Positions 8,638 through 17,066 of a stretch of 24,185 nt of DNA are shown here, piece by piece. Source of the DNA: Verrucomicrobiota bacterium (GTDB taxonomy: Bacteria; Verrucomicrobiota; Verrucomicrobiia; Verrucomicrobiales; DEV007); the NCBI GenBank assembly GCA_045046875.1, contig JASFYY010000119.1:1-24185 (forward strand). The letters are read 5' to 3'. The notes beneath the pieces were generated by a model, which did not search any database, was not told the DNA's origin, and saw only the letters and a list, made by a program, of their open reading frames with translations. The position numbers and the translations under genes were made by a program. Position 1 is the first letter of the stretch, and the number at the start of each line of letters is the position of its first letter.

Positions 8638-9441
8638 ATGAATGATTCGGAAAAAGAGAGTAAAACAAACAGCTCCCCCACGCTACTGTCCAAACGGAAT
8701 TCCTGCCTGATCGCAGCCGTCGTAGCCCTCATTGCCATGGCGGCAGTGATTGCCTTCACTGTCTTCAAAACCCTGAACACCGTCGAAAAAATCGTTTCGG
8801 GTTTTCAAGAACCTTTCCTTGAATCAAACATCCAGGAAACCTTCCAAAGCACCGCCTTTAAAAGCAAAGGCAATCAGGGGGGAATCCTCGAAGTGGCCAC
8901 CGCCACCACCACCGAAACCTTCAAAAGAAAATCCGAATTTTCACTCTTTGACCACACCTTGCCGCTCGGTGCCACCATTTCTGAAATTCAGATTCCCGCA
9001 ACTTATCGTTACCACATCGACCTCAAGTCATCCTGGCAGATCAGCGCGCAACAGAACAAATGTGTGGTGATCGCACCCGAACTGCGCCCCAGCCTGCCCG
9101 TAGCCTTTGATACAGGAGAGATGAAAAGCAAAACCGCCAACGGCTGGGCCAGATGGGACAAACACGAAAACCTCAAAAAATTGGAACAAAGCTTGACCAA
9201 AAAACTCGCCGAGCATGCCGTCCTGCCAAAAAACATCGACCTGGTACGCGACGAAGCCCGGCTCTCGATTGCCCGTTTTGTCAAGAGTTGGCTGCTCAAT
9301 CACGAACACTGGGACAATGCACGCTTCACCGAAATCATCGTCCTGTTCCCCGATGAACTGGAAAAAAACGCACCCCTGCCACCGCCCACTCTACGGCTCA
9401 AACAAGCCACCGGAAACTCCCTGGGCAAGCCTGCGCTTTAA
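8638..9441 (+). CDS. Membrane-anchored protein, probably DUF4230-like
   Basis: One N-terminal TM helix, then ILEVAT...IQIPATYRYHIDL...VVIAP. Family assigned from recalled pattern only. Confidence 0.7.
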   Translation: MNDSEKESKTNSSPTLLSKRNSCLIAAVVALIAMAAVIAFTVFKTLNTVEKIVSGFQEPFLESNIQETFQSTAFKSKGNQGGILEVATATTTETFKRKSEFSLFDHTLPLGATISEIQIPATYRYHIDLKSSWQISAQQNKCVVIAPELRPSLPVAFDTGEMKSKTANGWARWDKHENLKKLEQSLTKKLAEHAVLPKNIDLVRDEARLSIARFVKSWLLNHEHWDNARFTEIIVLFPDELEKNAPLPPPTLRLKQATGNSLGKPAL

Positions 9442-9450
9442 GTAAAGAAT

Positions 9451-9999
9451 ATGAAAATTCAATCCCTGTGCATTTTTTGTGGATCAAAAAGCGGTCACCA
9501 TCCGATCTATGCTGAAACAGCGGCGGCTATTGGCCGCGAACTGGCCCAACGAAAAATCCGCCTGATCTATGGCGGTGGCAGCGTTGGCCTGATGGGCATA
9601 TTAGCGGATTCATGCCTCGCAGCCGGAGGCGAAGCCACCGGGGTCATCACCCGCAAACTGATGGATCTCGAAGTAGGGCATCCCGACCTCAGCGAGCTCT
9701 GTATAGTCGATACCATGATGCAACGCAAAACCCTGATGGCCGAACGCTCAGACGCCTTTATTTCCCTGCCCGGCAGTGTCGGCACCCTCGACGAGCTTTT
9801 CGAGATGCTCACTTGGACCCAACTCGACATTCATAACAAACCTTCAGGACTGCTTAACATCAACGGCTACTTCAACCAACTCATCGCCCTGCTCGAACAA
9901 ATCGTTGGCGAAGGTTTTCTCTCTCAAGCCCACGCTGACCAACTCCACGTAGGAACCGATTTCAATCAACTGCTGCAACGACTTGAAGAAAAACTATAG
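9451..9999 (+). CDS. LOG-family nucleotide phosphoribohydrolase (TIGR00730 type)
   Basis: CIFCGS, LIYGGGSVGLMG, RKTLM..RSDAFISLPGSVGTLDELFE, KPSGLLNINGYF. Confidence 0.93.
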   Translation: MKIQSLCIFCGSKSGHHPIYAETAAAIGRELAQRKIRLIYGGGSVGLMGILADSCLAAGGEATGVITRKLMDLEVGHPDLSELCIVDTMMQRKTLMAERSDAFISLPGSVGTLDELFEMLTWTQLDIHNKPSGLLNINGYFNQLIALLEQIVGEGFLSQAHADQLHVGTDFNQLLQRLEEKL

Positions 10000-10313
10000 C
10001 TACCCTCTACGGTAACTAACAACCGGACATCGCGCATCAATTGTTAAAACACGATGCCCACCAGGAACTTTTGGAACTCTCCACACTGTTATTTCATAAT
10101 CCTGCCGTCGCTTCCTGATTGATGAAATTTCCCAAACACCTTTATTTTCCCTTTTGCCAATCTCTTTTTTAACAATTTCCTCTAAATACTTCCGGCCTAA
10201 TGAGCCATCGTCCATTCTGTGCGCACTCCGACCTCCTGTTCTGCAAGCGGTAACACACATACAAAAAAAGATACTTGATAATATTACTATTAACCAATTT
10301 GCCCTTTCTCCAT
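10000..10313 (-). pseudogene. Small lipoprotein-like gene, probably frameshifted near its 5' end
   Basis: The frame of ORF 10000..10260 extends upstream as RANWLIVILSSIFFCMCVTA-C (signal-like) with no in-frame ATG before a TAG at 10318-10320. The ATG at 10313 is out of frame by one base. Confidence 0.5.
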
Positions 10314-10319
10314 TCCCCT

Positions 10320-10349
10320 ATTCGTGTTCATTAGTGTCTATTCGTGGTT
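10320..10349. repeat. Three imperfect 10-bp tandem units (REP-like half element)
   Basis: ATTCGTGTTC-ATTAGTGTCT-ATTCGTGGTT; the minus strand reads AACCACGAATAGACACTAATGAACACGAAT. Confidence 0.7.
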
Positions 10350-10365
10350 CTCATTCCCTCTCCCC

Positions 10366-11367
10366 TCAAAACACCTCTCCCTGTTTATACAAAGTCTTGT
10401 GCAAACCTTCTAACTCCTTATCATAACCATTATACAAGCGCGTGCGCACGCGCTGACCTGTCACCAACAAGCGCTCAGTGCTTTGACTCCATCTCGGATG
10501 AGGTTTGCCCGGATCCACATTAGAGAAATACCCGTATTCCCGCGACATCGCATCGTTCCAAAAAGTATTGGGTTTTTGGTCGGTCAATTCAATCTTCACA
10601 ATCGACTTAGGCCCCTTGTAGCCGTATTTCCAAGGAAATACCAAACGCAGCGGAGCCCCTGACTGCTTAGGCAATTGTTTGCCGTAAAGACCGGTGGCCA
10701 CAAACGCCAAGGGGTGCATCGCTTCTTCCAGGTTCACTCCTTCGTAATAAGGCCACGAATAATCCTTGTTCTCACGCTGCCCCACCGCTTGCTCCGGTCG
10801 GTGAAAGCTCACAAAACGCACATACTTGGCTTTGGTATCCGGTTGACATTTTTCGATCAACAGCCTCAGCGGAAAACCCGACCATGGCACCGTCATCGCC
10901 CAGGCTTCGACACAGCGGAAGCGATATGCCCTCTCCTCCAACGGAAAAGCTTTTAACAATTCATCAATGTCCCACTTCTTAGGTTTGGCACACAAACCGG
11001 TGACCTCTATCTGCCAGGGAAAAGGCTGAAAGGGTTCCACGTAACGGTGAGGTTTTTTGTCCAAACTGAACTCGTAAAAATTATTATAGGTGAAAACCTC
11101 GTCTTTTGGCGTCAAGGCCCGGTCCACCTTATAGGCCGTATTTTTCTTTGCTGGATACAACTTATCACTCAGAGGGTGCTCCGGGATATGGTACATCTTA
11201 TCCCGATCACTCAGAGCCGCCGTCACTTGATCCGCACCAAGCCCCCCGGCAATCAGCGCCCCGCTGCTCGCCGTCAACTGCTTGATAAAACGGCGGCGGT
11301 TCAGATAGTGCGACTCCGGTGTCGCATTCTTGTCATTCCAATACAATCGAGAAGGGTTTTTCAGCAT
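10366..11367 (-). CDS. msrP: Protein-methionine-sulfoxide reductase catalytic subunit (molybdoenzyme)
   Basis: TPE..YLNRRRFIK Tat signal, YNNFYEF, ERAYRFRCVEAWAM (Mo-ligand Cys), GAPLRLVFPWKYGYK..KSIV and HPRWSQ.TER. Confidence 0.95.
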   Translation of the reverse strand: MLKNPSRLYWNDKNATPESHYLNRRRFIKQLTASSGALIAGGLGADQVTAALSDRDKMYHIPEHPLSDKLYPAKKNTAYKVDRALTPKDEVFTYNNFYEFSLDKKPHRYVEPFQPFPWQIEVTGLCAKPKKWDIDELLKAFPLEERAYRFRCVEAWAMTVPWSGFPLRLLIEKCQPDTKAKYVRFVSFHRPEQAVGQRENKDYSWPYYEGVNLEEAMHPLAFVATGLYGKQLPKQSGAPLRLVFPWKYGYKGPKSIVKIELTDQKPNTFWNDAMSREYGYFSNVDPGKPHPRWSQSTERLLVTGQRVRTRLYNGYDKELEGLHKTLYKQGEVF

Positions 11368-11453
11368 AGCGATGAAAATTTAGCACAGACAAAGTGTAAT
11401 TTTAAAGGTTTTTATTCAGTTTTCCTGATTTTCAGCAAATTACAGCAATCGGC

Positions 11454-11481
11454 TTGCGCATTCATTATCCGAACGTATTTT
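11454..11481 (+). promoter_or_regulatory. Candidate sigma70 promoter for uppP
   Basis: TTGCGC, 16 nt, TATTTT, ending 11 nt before the ATG at 11493. Confidence 0.35.
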
Positions 11482-11492
11482 TAGCCTCTTTT

Positions 11493-12278
11493 ATGACTAT
11501 ATTTCAAGCTATGCTCCTTGGCCTGATTCAAGGGCTCACCGAATTTTTACCGGTTTCTTCATCCGGGCACCTAGCCTTGGCGAGTCACTTCCTCGAAGTG
11601 CAGAATCCCGGACTGACTTTCGAAATCATCCTCCACTTCGGCACCCTGTTATCCGTATTGTGCTATTTCTGGCGATCCCTCTGGGCCATGTTTCTTTCCC
11701 TGTTCAAAAAAGAGATGGTCGAGGAACGACGCATGATCGGCTATTTATTCATCGGCACCCTGCCTGCGGCCATCATCGGACTCTCTTTCAAACATCAATT
11801 TGAATCCCTCAGCGACCAACCCCGCATTGTCTCCCTGTTGCTCTGCGTCACCGGCGCAGTGCTTCTGCTGCCCCGCCTATTTCCAAAAAAACATGGTGAC
11901 CAATCGATGACTCTGCGCACAGCTCTGATCATGGGGTTCAGTCAGGCTTTTGCCATTCTGCCGGGCATTTCACGATCGGGCTCGACCATTGTCAGCGGCA
12001 TGCTCAGCAAGGTAAACCCGGCAAAAGCCGCCGAATTCTCTTTCCTGCTGGCTGTGCCTGCTATTGGCGGAGCGGCCGTGCTTGCACTGCGCGACCTGGA
12101 AAACATTGATTCCAGTCTTGCTATCCCTTTTCTGGCCGGCGGCCTGGTATCCTTCATTTCAGGTTTGATTGCCGTTTATGCCGTTTTATCCAGTATCCGC
12201 AAAGGCAAATTTGAGTACTTTGCTTACTATTGCATTGCCGTTGGCCTGATTTCCTTTATATACTTACAATTCAACTAG
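11493..12278 (+). CDS. uppP: Undecaprenyl-diphosphate phosphatase (BacA family)
   Basis: GLIQGLTEFLPVSSSGHL and AILPGISRSGSTI signatures, AAEFSFLLAVP; polytopic membrane protein. Confidence 0.97.
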   Translation: MTIFQAMLLGLIQGLTEFLPVSSSGHLALASHFLEVQNPGLTFEIILHFGTLLSVLCYFWRSLWAMFLSLFKKEMVEERRMIGYLFIGTLPAAIIGLSFKHQFESLSDQPRIVSLLLCVTGAVLLLPRLFPKKHGDQSMTLRTALIMGFSQAFAILPGISRSGSTIVSGMLSKVNPAKAAEFSFLLAVPAIGGAAVLALRDLENIDSSLAIPFLAGGLVSFISGLIAVYAVLSSIRKGKFEYFAYYCIAVGLISFIYLQFN

Positions 12279-12320
12279 GACTGAACTCGCATCAAAGCGA
12301 ACCCTTCCCAACTCAACACA

Positions 12321-13172
12321 ATGCTTTTTCCCTTACGCCATCAACGCTACACGACCTTATTCGTAGCCTTATTGGTTCTGCTTTCAGGCAATCAAGGGAT
12401 TCTCCAACCCACCCGGATCCAGGCGGCGAGCACAGTGACCTATTATTTGGCGGATGGTTTTGACTACCCGGTAGGCAAGCCTGATGCCGCTGGCTACTAT
12501 AAAGCCCGGGGATTCTGGCCCAACGGCCATCTGGGTGAAGACTGGAACGGTCGCGGAGGGGGCAACAGTGACCAGGGCGACCCGGTTTACGCAATCGCTC
12601 ATGGCGTGGTGGTTTACTCCGCGGATTTCCGTGCTGGGTGGGGCAATGTCGTTATTATCCGGCATGCTTACCGGGAAAAAAATGGCCGGGTCTATTTCAT
12701 TGACTCCCAGTATGGGCACCTTGATCGCCGCATGGTACGCAAAGGGCAAAAAGTAAAACGTGGGGCTAAAATAGGCACGATCGGCAGAGGACCCCGCAAC
12801 ATGTACTACGCCCACCTGCATTTCGAAATTCGTAAAAACATCAACCTCGGCATGCAGCGCTCCAAGTACAAACGCGATTATTCAAACTACCACAGCCCCA
12901 CTCATTTCATCACCGCGAACCGGCGCTTGCGCCAGGAACTGCGCCAATACCGGATACCCGTCAATACTTTTCAAGGACAGGGATCCGGCTCCACCTTCAC
13001 CAATGCGCCGGTGACGGTTCCCAATATTCGAAATAGAGGAACGGTGCGCCCTAACGTCCCCGCGCCTGTAAGGAACGTGATCGACAAACACGGAGCCCGG
13101 CAAAAATCCTCTAACCCCATCAAAAAATTCTGGACGAACTTGAAAAAAGCTTTCACTTTCAAAAAGAACTAG
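12321..13172 (+). CDS. M23-family metallopeptidase, exported
   Basis: Signal-like N-terminus, HLGED (HxxxD), YGHL and HLHFEIR (HxH); basic C-terminal tail. Confidence 0.92.
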   Translation: MLFPLRHQRYTTLFVALLVLLSGNQGILQPTRIQAASTVTYYLADGFDYPVGKPDAAGYYKARGFWPNGHLGEDWNGRGGGNSDQGDPVYAIAHGVVVYSADFRAGWGNVVIIRHAYREKNGRVYFIDSQYGHLDRRMVRKGQKVKRGAKIGTIGRGPRNMYYAHLHFEIRKNINLGMQRSKYKRDYSNYHSPTHFITANRRLRQELRQYRIPVNTFQGQGSGSTFTNAPVTVPNIRNRGTVRPNVPAPVRNVIDKHGARQKSSNPIKKFWTNLKKAFTFKKN

Positions 13173-13205
13173 CTCGCAAACCAAACGCGATCCCCTTGTT
13201 CTTCC

Positions 13206-15200
13206 ATGCCCCCACCCGACCACCAGCTTTCATTCAATCGGGCCTTTGTTTTTCTTCGCCGACAAAATGGTTTTTTGATGACCATGGGCAGTTTATTACT
13301 GCTGCTATCCGGCTACCTGATATTCGCCGATAAACCTTGGGACCCTGCGCTCGATTTCAGCGCTTCCGCAAAATCCACTCTTAGAATTCACTCCTATGTG
13401 ATTGACGGGCTTTGGTGGGGAGCATTGGTCAATTGGTTCATCGTAGCCTTCTGCCTTCTGGCTTCACGTTTTTACCCACACTCGCCTCCCTCTAACAAAA
13501 CCCGGGAGCACGACTCCTCCCCCCTCCACGAATGGAGTTCACTGCCAGTCAGACAACGTAGAATCATCCTCACCTTATCCCTGTTAGCGATAGCTTTATC
13601 CGCTGGCCTGAGAGCCCCTCTTCTTCATCACAGCCTGTGGGGTGATGAAGAAGCTACTGCGCGCCGCTTCATCGTCGGTCATGTCAATCGCCAGGATGAC
13701 GGCAGTTTGCGCCTGCATACCCCCCGCTGGGAAAAAACCCTATGGAGCTTTGAGAACGGGCCTAACAATCATATTCTCTATAGCGCCTTGGGACGTTTAT
13801 CCCATAGCTTTGCCCGCCCCTCCACGGGACCGGACGATTATTATTTCAGTGAGTTCTGGATACGTCTGCCCTCCTACCTGGCAGGACTGGGAGCTGTTGC
13901 CGCCATCGCCTGGTTGATGGGGGTGATAGGCTTCCCTAGAGCTGCACCTGTGGCGGCAATCACCCTGGCGTTGCACCCATGGTTTGTGCGTTGGGGCACG
14001 GAAGCCAGGGGATACTCCCTGGTGCTCATGTTTGCTCCTTTGCTGCTAGTTTTCTTACTCAAGGCCATTCACTCAGACTCGGGCAAAAGAACTTGGCTCT
14101 GGTGGCTTGCCTACGGTCTCACCGAATTCCTGATGATCTACGCCCACCTGGGCTCGGTGTATTTTTTGCTCCCACTGAATGTCGCCGCTTTCATTCTTGT
14201 CTGGAGACATTCCTTCATTTCAACCCGCAGCTCCAACCCCTTGCTTCACCCCCTGTTCTGGCAGTACACTGCCGCCAACCTTTTCGGTGCCGTGCTCACC
14301 ATCCAAATACTCGCCCCCATCCTTAAACCCATGAACCTCTGGCTCGGAAAAAGCCGCGTCGAGGGTGACATCACCTGGCCCTGGGTGGAAAATTGGACTA
14401 GCTATTTTGCCTCGGGCATGCCTTGGTCGGCTTGGGATGAAAAAAATCCATACTGCATCACTCTGCCTGATTTTTTATCCGACCACCCACTACTGACAGC
14501 TCCCGCTTTGTTATTTATGTTGATAGCTTTGCTCACAGGCTTTCTTGCTCTGTTGAAAAATCCTATGCAACGCTATTTGTTGCTTCCGCTGCTAGCCCCC
14601 GGCCCACTAACCGTCTTGCATGCCAAACTAGGCGGCAATTTGCTTTACCCTTGGTATATGGTTGGATTTTTGCCTTTGATTATCGTCGTTGTGAGTATCG
14701 GGCTCGACAGCCTTGCCCGCTTCAGCCCTAAGCGCCCGGCATTCATCTTCATCGCATCGGCATTCATTCTACTCTTTGCCCAATTAACTCAAACCCAACG
14801 GCAGATATACCGCACCCATTCGGTTGAAGCCCTTGCGGAATCCGTACGAATGACAAGAAAAATCATCAATCCTTTTGCCGCCGGCATCGATGAGGTGATC
14901 ACTCTCGACATCGTGCACGCCACTCGTCTCTACGATCCTGCACATTTGCGTATCCGCTCTTTCGAAGAGTTTGTCGCCGCCCTCAAATTGGCAGATTCAA
15001 CTCAACGCCCCCTTTATATAAATATGGCCAACCCCGGGCTATTGGGTCGTGACTTACCAAATATTGGCAAAATGATAGAAAACCGGGACATATTTCAGCC
15101 TCCTCAGCTCATCCACGGATTGCAAAACCCCTGTACCCGATATATCCTCCGCTACATTCCGCACTCGATTGAAAATTCACCCCGTTCCCAAACAAATTAA
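13206..15200 (+). CDS. Polytopic membrane glycosyltransferase, GT-C fold (GT39/PMT_2-like)
   Basis: LR...L..SLWGDE loop, N.HILYS, RLPS...G, ALHPW....GTEARGYSL and many TM helices. Start position uncertain. Confidence 0.82.
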   Translation: MPPPDHQLSFNRAFVFLRRQNGFLMTMGSLLLLLSGYLIFADKPWDPALDFSASAKSTLRIHSYVIDGLWWGALVNWFIVAFCLLASRFYPHSPPSNKTREHDSSPLHEWSSLPVRQRRIILTLSLLAIALSAGLRAPLLHHSLWGDEEATARRFIVGHVNRQDDGSLRLHTPRWEKTLWSFENGPNNHILYSALGRLSHSFARPSTGPDDYYFSEFWIRLPSYLAGLGAVAAIAWLMGVIGFPRAAPVAAITLALHPWFVRWGTEARGYSLVLMFAPLLLVFLLKAIHSDSGKRTWLWWLAYGLTEFLMIYAHLGSVYFLLPLNVAAFILVWRHSFISTRSSNPLLHPLFWQYTAANLFGAVLTIQILAPILKPMNLWLGKSRVEGDITWPWVENWTSYFASGMPWSAWDEKNPYCITLPDFLSDHPLLTAPALLFMLIALLTGFLALLKNPMQRYLLLPLLAPGPLTVLHAKLGGNLLYPWYMVGFLPLIIVVVSIGLDSLARFSPKRPAFIFIASAFILLFAQLTQTQRQIYRTHSVEALAESVRMTRKIINPFAAGIDEVITLDIVHATRLYDPAHLRIRSFEEFVAALKLADSTQRPLYINMANPGLLGRDLPNIGKMIENRDIFQPPQLIHGLQNPCTRYILRYIPHSIENSPRSQTN

Positions 15201-15273
15201 AGCCACCCGACAGCGCATAACTCATTCAAAACCCATGACCATCCCTTTATCTATAAATTCCTCCACATTAGTA

Positions 15274-15302
15274 TTGCGTCATTTCCACTCTCCTGTTAAT
15301 TA
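15274..15302 (+). promoter_or_regulatory. Candidate sigma70 promoter for the kinase
   Basis: TTGCGT at 15274 followed about 16-17 nt later by TG-TTAATTA. Confidence 0.3.
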
Positions 15303-15323
15303 GGAACCTTCTTTAGTAAAGCA

Positions 15324-17066
15324 ATGGCAGATCGTTACCAAATCAAAGGCAGAATCGGGCGCGGGGGAATTGGCGCCATTTACCGTGCGTATGACACTAT
15401 CCTCAAACGGGATGTCGCTATCAAGCGGCTTTTACCGTTGGAAGAGACCAACCTGAATGAATCGGCAGAAAACACTCTGACCCGGGAAGCCGAAGCGCTC
15501 TCTCGCCTGCAACACCCTAACGTGATCACTCTCTTCGCCTTTGAAGAAGACGAAGAAGGTCCTTTCGTGGTGATGGAATACATCGAAGGGGATACGCTCA
15601 AAGATACCATCGATAACGGAGCTTTGAGCTACGAAGATTTTCAAATCGTCGCCCACCAGTGCTTGGATCCTTTGATCACTGCCCGTGAACTCGGCCTGCT
15701 GCATCGTGACATCAAGCCTGCCAACATCATGTTGCAGTGGCTCTCTTCCGGCAGTTTCCAAGTCAAAGTTCTCGATTTTGGTCTGGCTAAATTCAGTCAG
15801 GCGCCCTCCTTGCAAACCCTCGACCAGACAGGTTCATTCCTCGGTTCGATCGAATACCTTGCCCCGGAGCAACTTGAGCTCAAACCTCTCGACCAGCGCA
15901 CCGATCTCTACTCTCTGGGTTGCGTGCTCTATTATTGCCTGGCGCAAAGATCTCCCTTCGAAGGCACCAACCCCGCCCTCACCACAACCAACCACCTCAA
16001 CCATGTCGTCAGCCATATTTCAGAAGTCCGCGATGACATCCCGAAAACCGTTGCTGACTGGTTGATGCTGCTGATCTCTCGATACCCGGATGATCGCCCT
16101 GTCGATGCCAGGGAAGCCTTCACGATGTTCAAAGCAGCTCAAGGAGGTGAAGCCGTATCCATCAGCCCCAGCTCTCCAGTAGTTCCCGTAGTAGCCGCCG
16201 CTGTCGCTACCGATTCCGCTCCTGTGACACCACCACCACCCTCCCATTCCGGCCCGGTGCACACTGCTGTTCCAGAAATTTCCGGCCCGGTTGCTCCACC
16301 TCCTTCGGTATCAGGCCCGATTGTTCCCCCTCCAACGGTATCCGGCCCGGTTGTGGCTCGTGCTATCCCTGTCGATGCGCCAGGTGGCAACTCCGCAGCG
16401 AGAAAAATGATTACCGGCCCACAAACGCCTACCCCGAATGCCGCTGCCGGCGTAAAACTGGTCACTGGACCCGTACCCACCATCAGTGGCCCACAAACCG
16501 TCAAAATGCCTCCGAGCACCAAAACCGGTAAAATTGCCAAACCCCCTGCTGCCAGCGGGATTCGGAAAAAAAATAGCGGCGGGGCTTCCGATAACTCCAT
16601 GGAAAAACTCAAACAACAATCCCCCTTGTTATGGGTCATTGTGGGACTGGTTGTTGTGGTAGTTATTCTGGTAGTCTTCCTGATAACCAACAAGGGCAAA
16701 GACAGCCAGAGCAATGGCAAGTCGTCAGATGCTTCTTCAGAAATCTCCGGCCCCATTATCGCAACTCCTCCTATCTCAGAGGGGCTGCAACTCCAGTTGG
16801 CGGCTGCCAAGTATGTGCTCGATACCCATAGCGATGTGGCGATAGAAGGCAGCAAACAGTTACTGATTGTCAGTCCGAACGAGGCTCTACACACCTTTAA
16901 AACCTTGTCTGAAAACGATGACAGCCAGGTATTACTTGCCGAGGCCATAAAAGCAGAACATCCCGAACTCCCCCGCCCACAGCCTTCAATTTCATTCGGC
17001 AAAGGAGCCGCCATTGATTTCAGAACCGATGGCGAAAATAGTTTTTTTTTAGTTCAGACCAACTGA
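15324..17066 (+). CDS. Hanks-type transmembrane Ser/Thr protein kinase; reading frame terminates inside the extracellular domain
   Basis: IGRGGIG, VAIK, HRDIKPAN, DFG, APE and DLYSLG motifs; Pro-rich linker; TM LLWVIVGLVVVVVILVVFLI. Confidence 0.95.
   Translation: MADRYQIKGRIGRGGIGAIYRAYDTILKRDVAIKRLLPLEETNLNESAENTLTREAEALSRLQHPNVITLFAFEEDEEGPFVVMEYIEGDTLKDTIDNGALSYEDFQIVAHQCLDPLITARELGLLHRDIKPANIMLQWLSSGSFQVKVLDFGLAKFSQAPSLQTLDQTGSFLGSIEYLAPEQLELKPLDQRTDLYSLGCVLYYCLAQRSPFEGTNPALTTTNHLNHVVSHISEVRDDIPKTVADWLMLLISRYPDDRPVDAREAFTMFKAAQGGEAVSISPSSPVVPVVAAAVATDSAPVTPPPPSHSGPVHTAVPEISGPVAPPPSVSGPIVPPPTVSGPVVARAIPVDAPGGNSAARKMITGPQTPTPNAAAGVKLVTGPVPTISGPQTVKMPPSTKTGKIAKPPAASGIRKKNSGGASDNSMEKLKQQSPLLWVIVGLVVVVVILVVFLITNKGKDSQSNGKSSDASSEISGPIIATPPISEGLQLQLAAAKYVLDTHSDVAIEGSKQLLIVSPNEALHTFKTLSENDDSQVLLAEAIKAEHPELPRPQPSISFGKGAAIDFRTDGENSFFLVQTN
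16230..16355 (+). repeat. Intragenic ~30-bp tandem repeat encoding SGP(V/I)xPPP units
   Basis: TC(C/A)GGCCCG(G/A)T at 16248, 16281, 16311 and 16341. Confidence 0.8.

Noticed and set aside
10320..10349. Possible CRISPR remnant
   Set aside because: The units are 10 bp with no spacers, and there are no cas genes in the window.
2957..11367. A unified oxidative/nitrosative-stress island (trHb, nth, UDG, msrP)
   Set aside because: The genes are in mixed orientations, interspersed with unrelated genes, and share no motif I could find. This looks like ordinary scrambled gene order.
16139..17014. 291-aa minus-strand ORF with TGP/GGG repeats
   Set aside because: It mirrors the kinase's low-complexity linker; there is no independent evidence for it.
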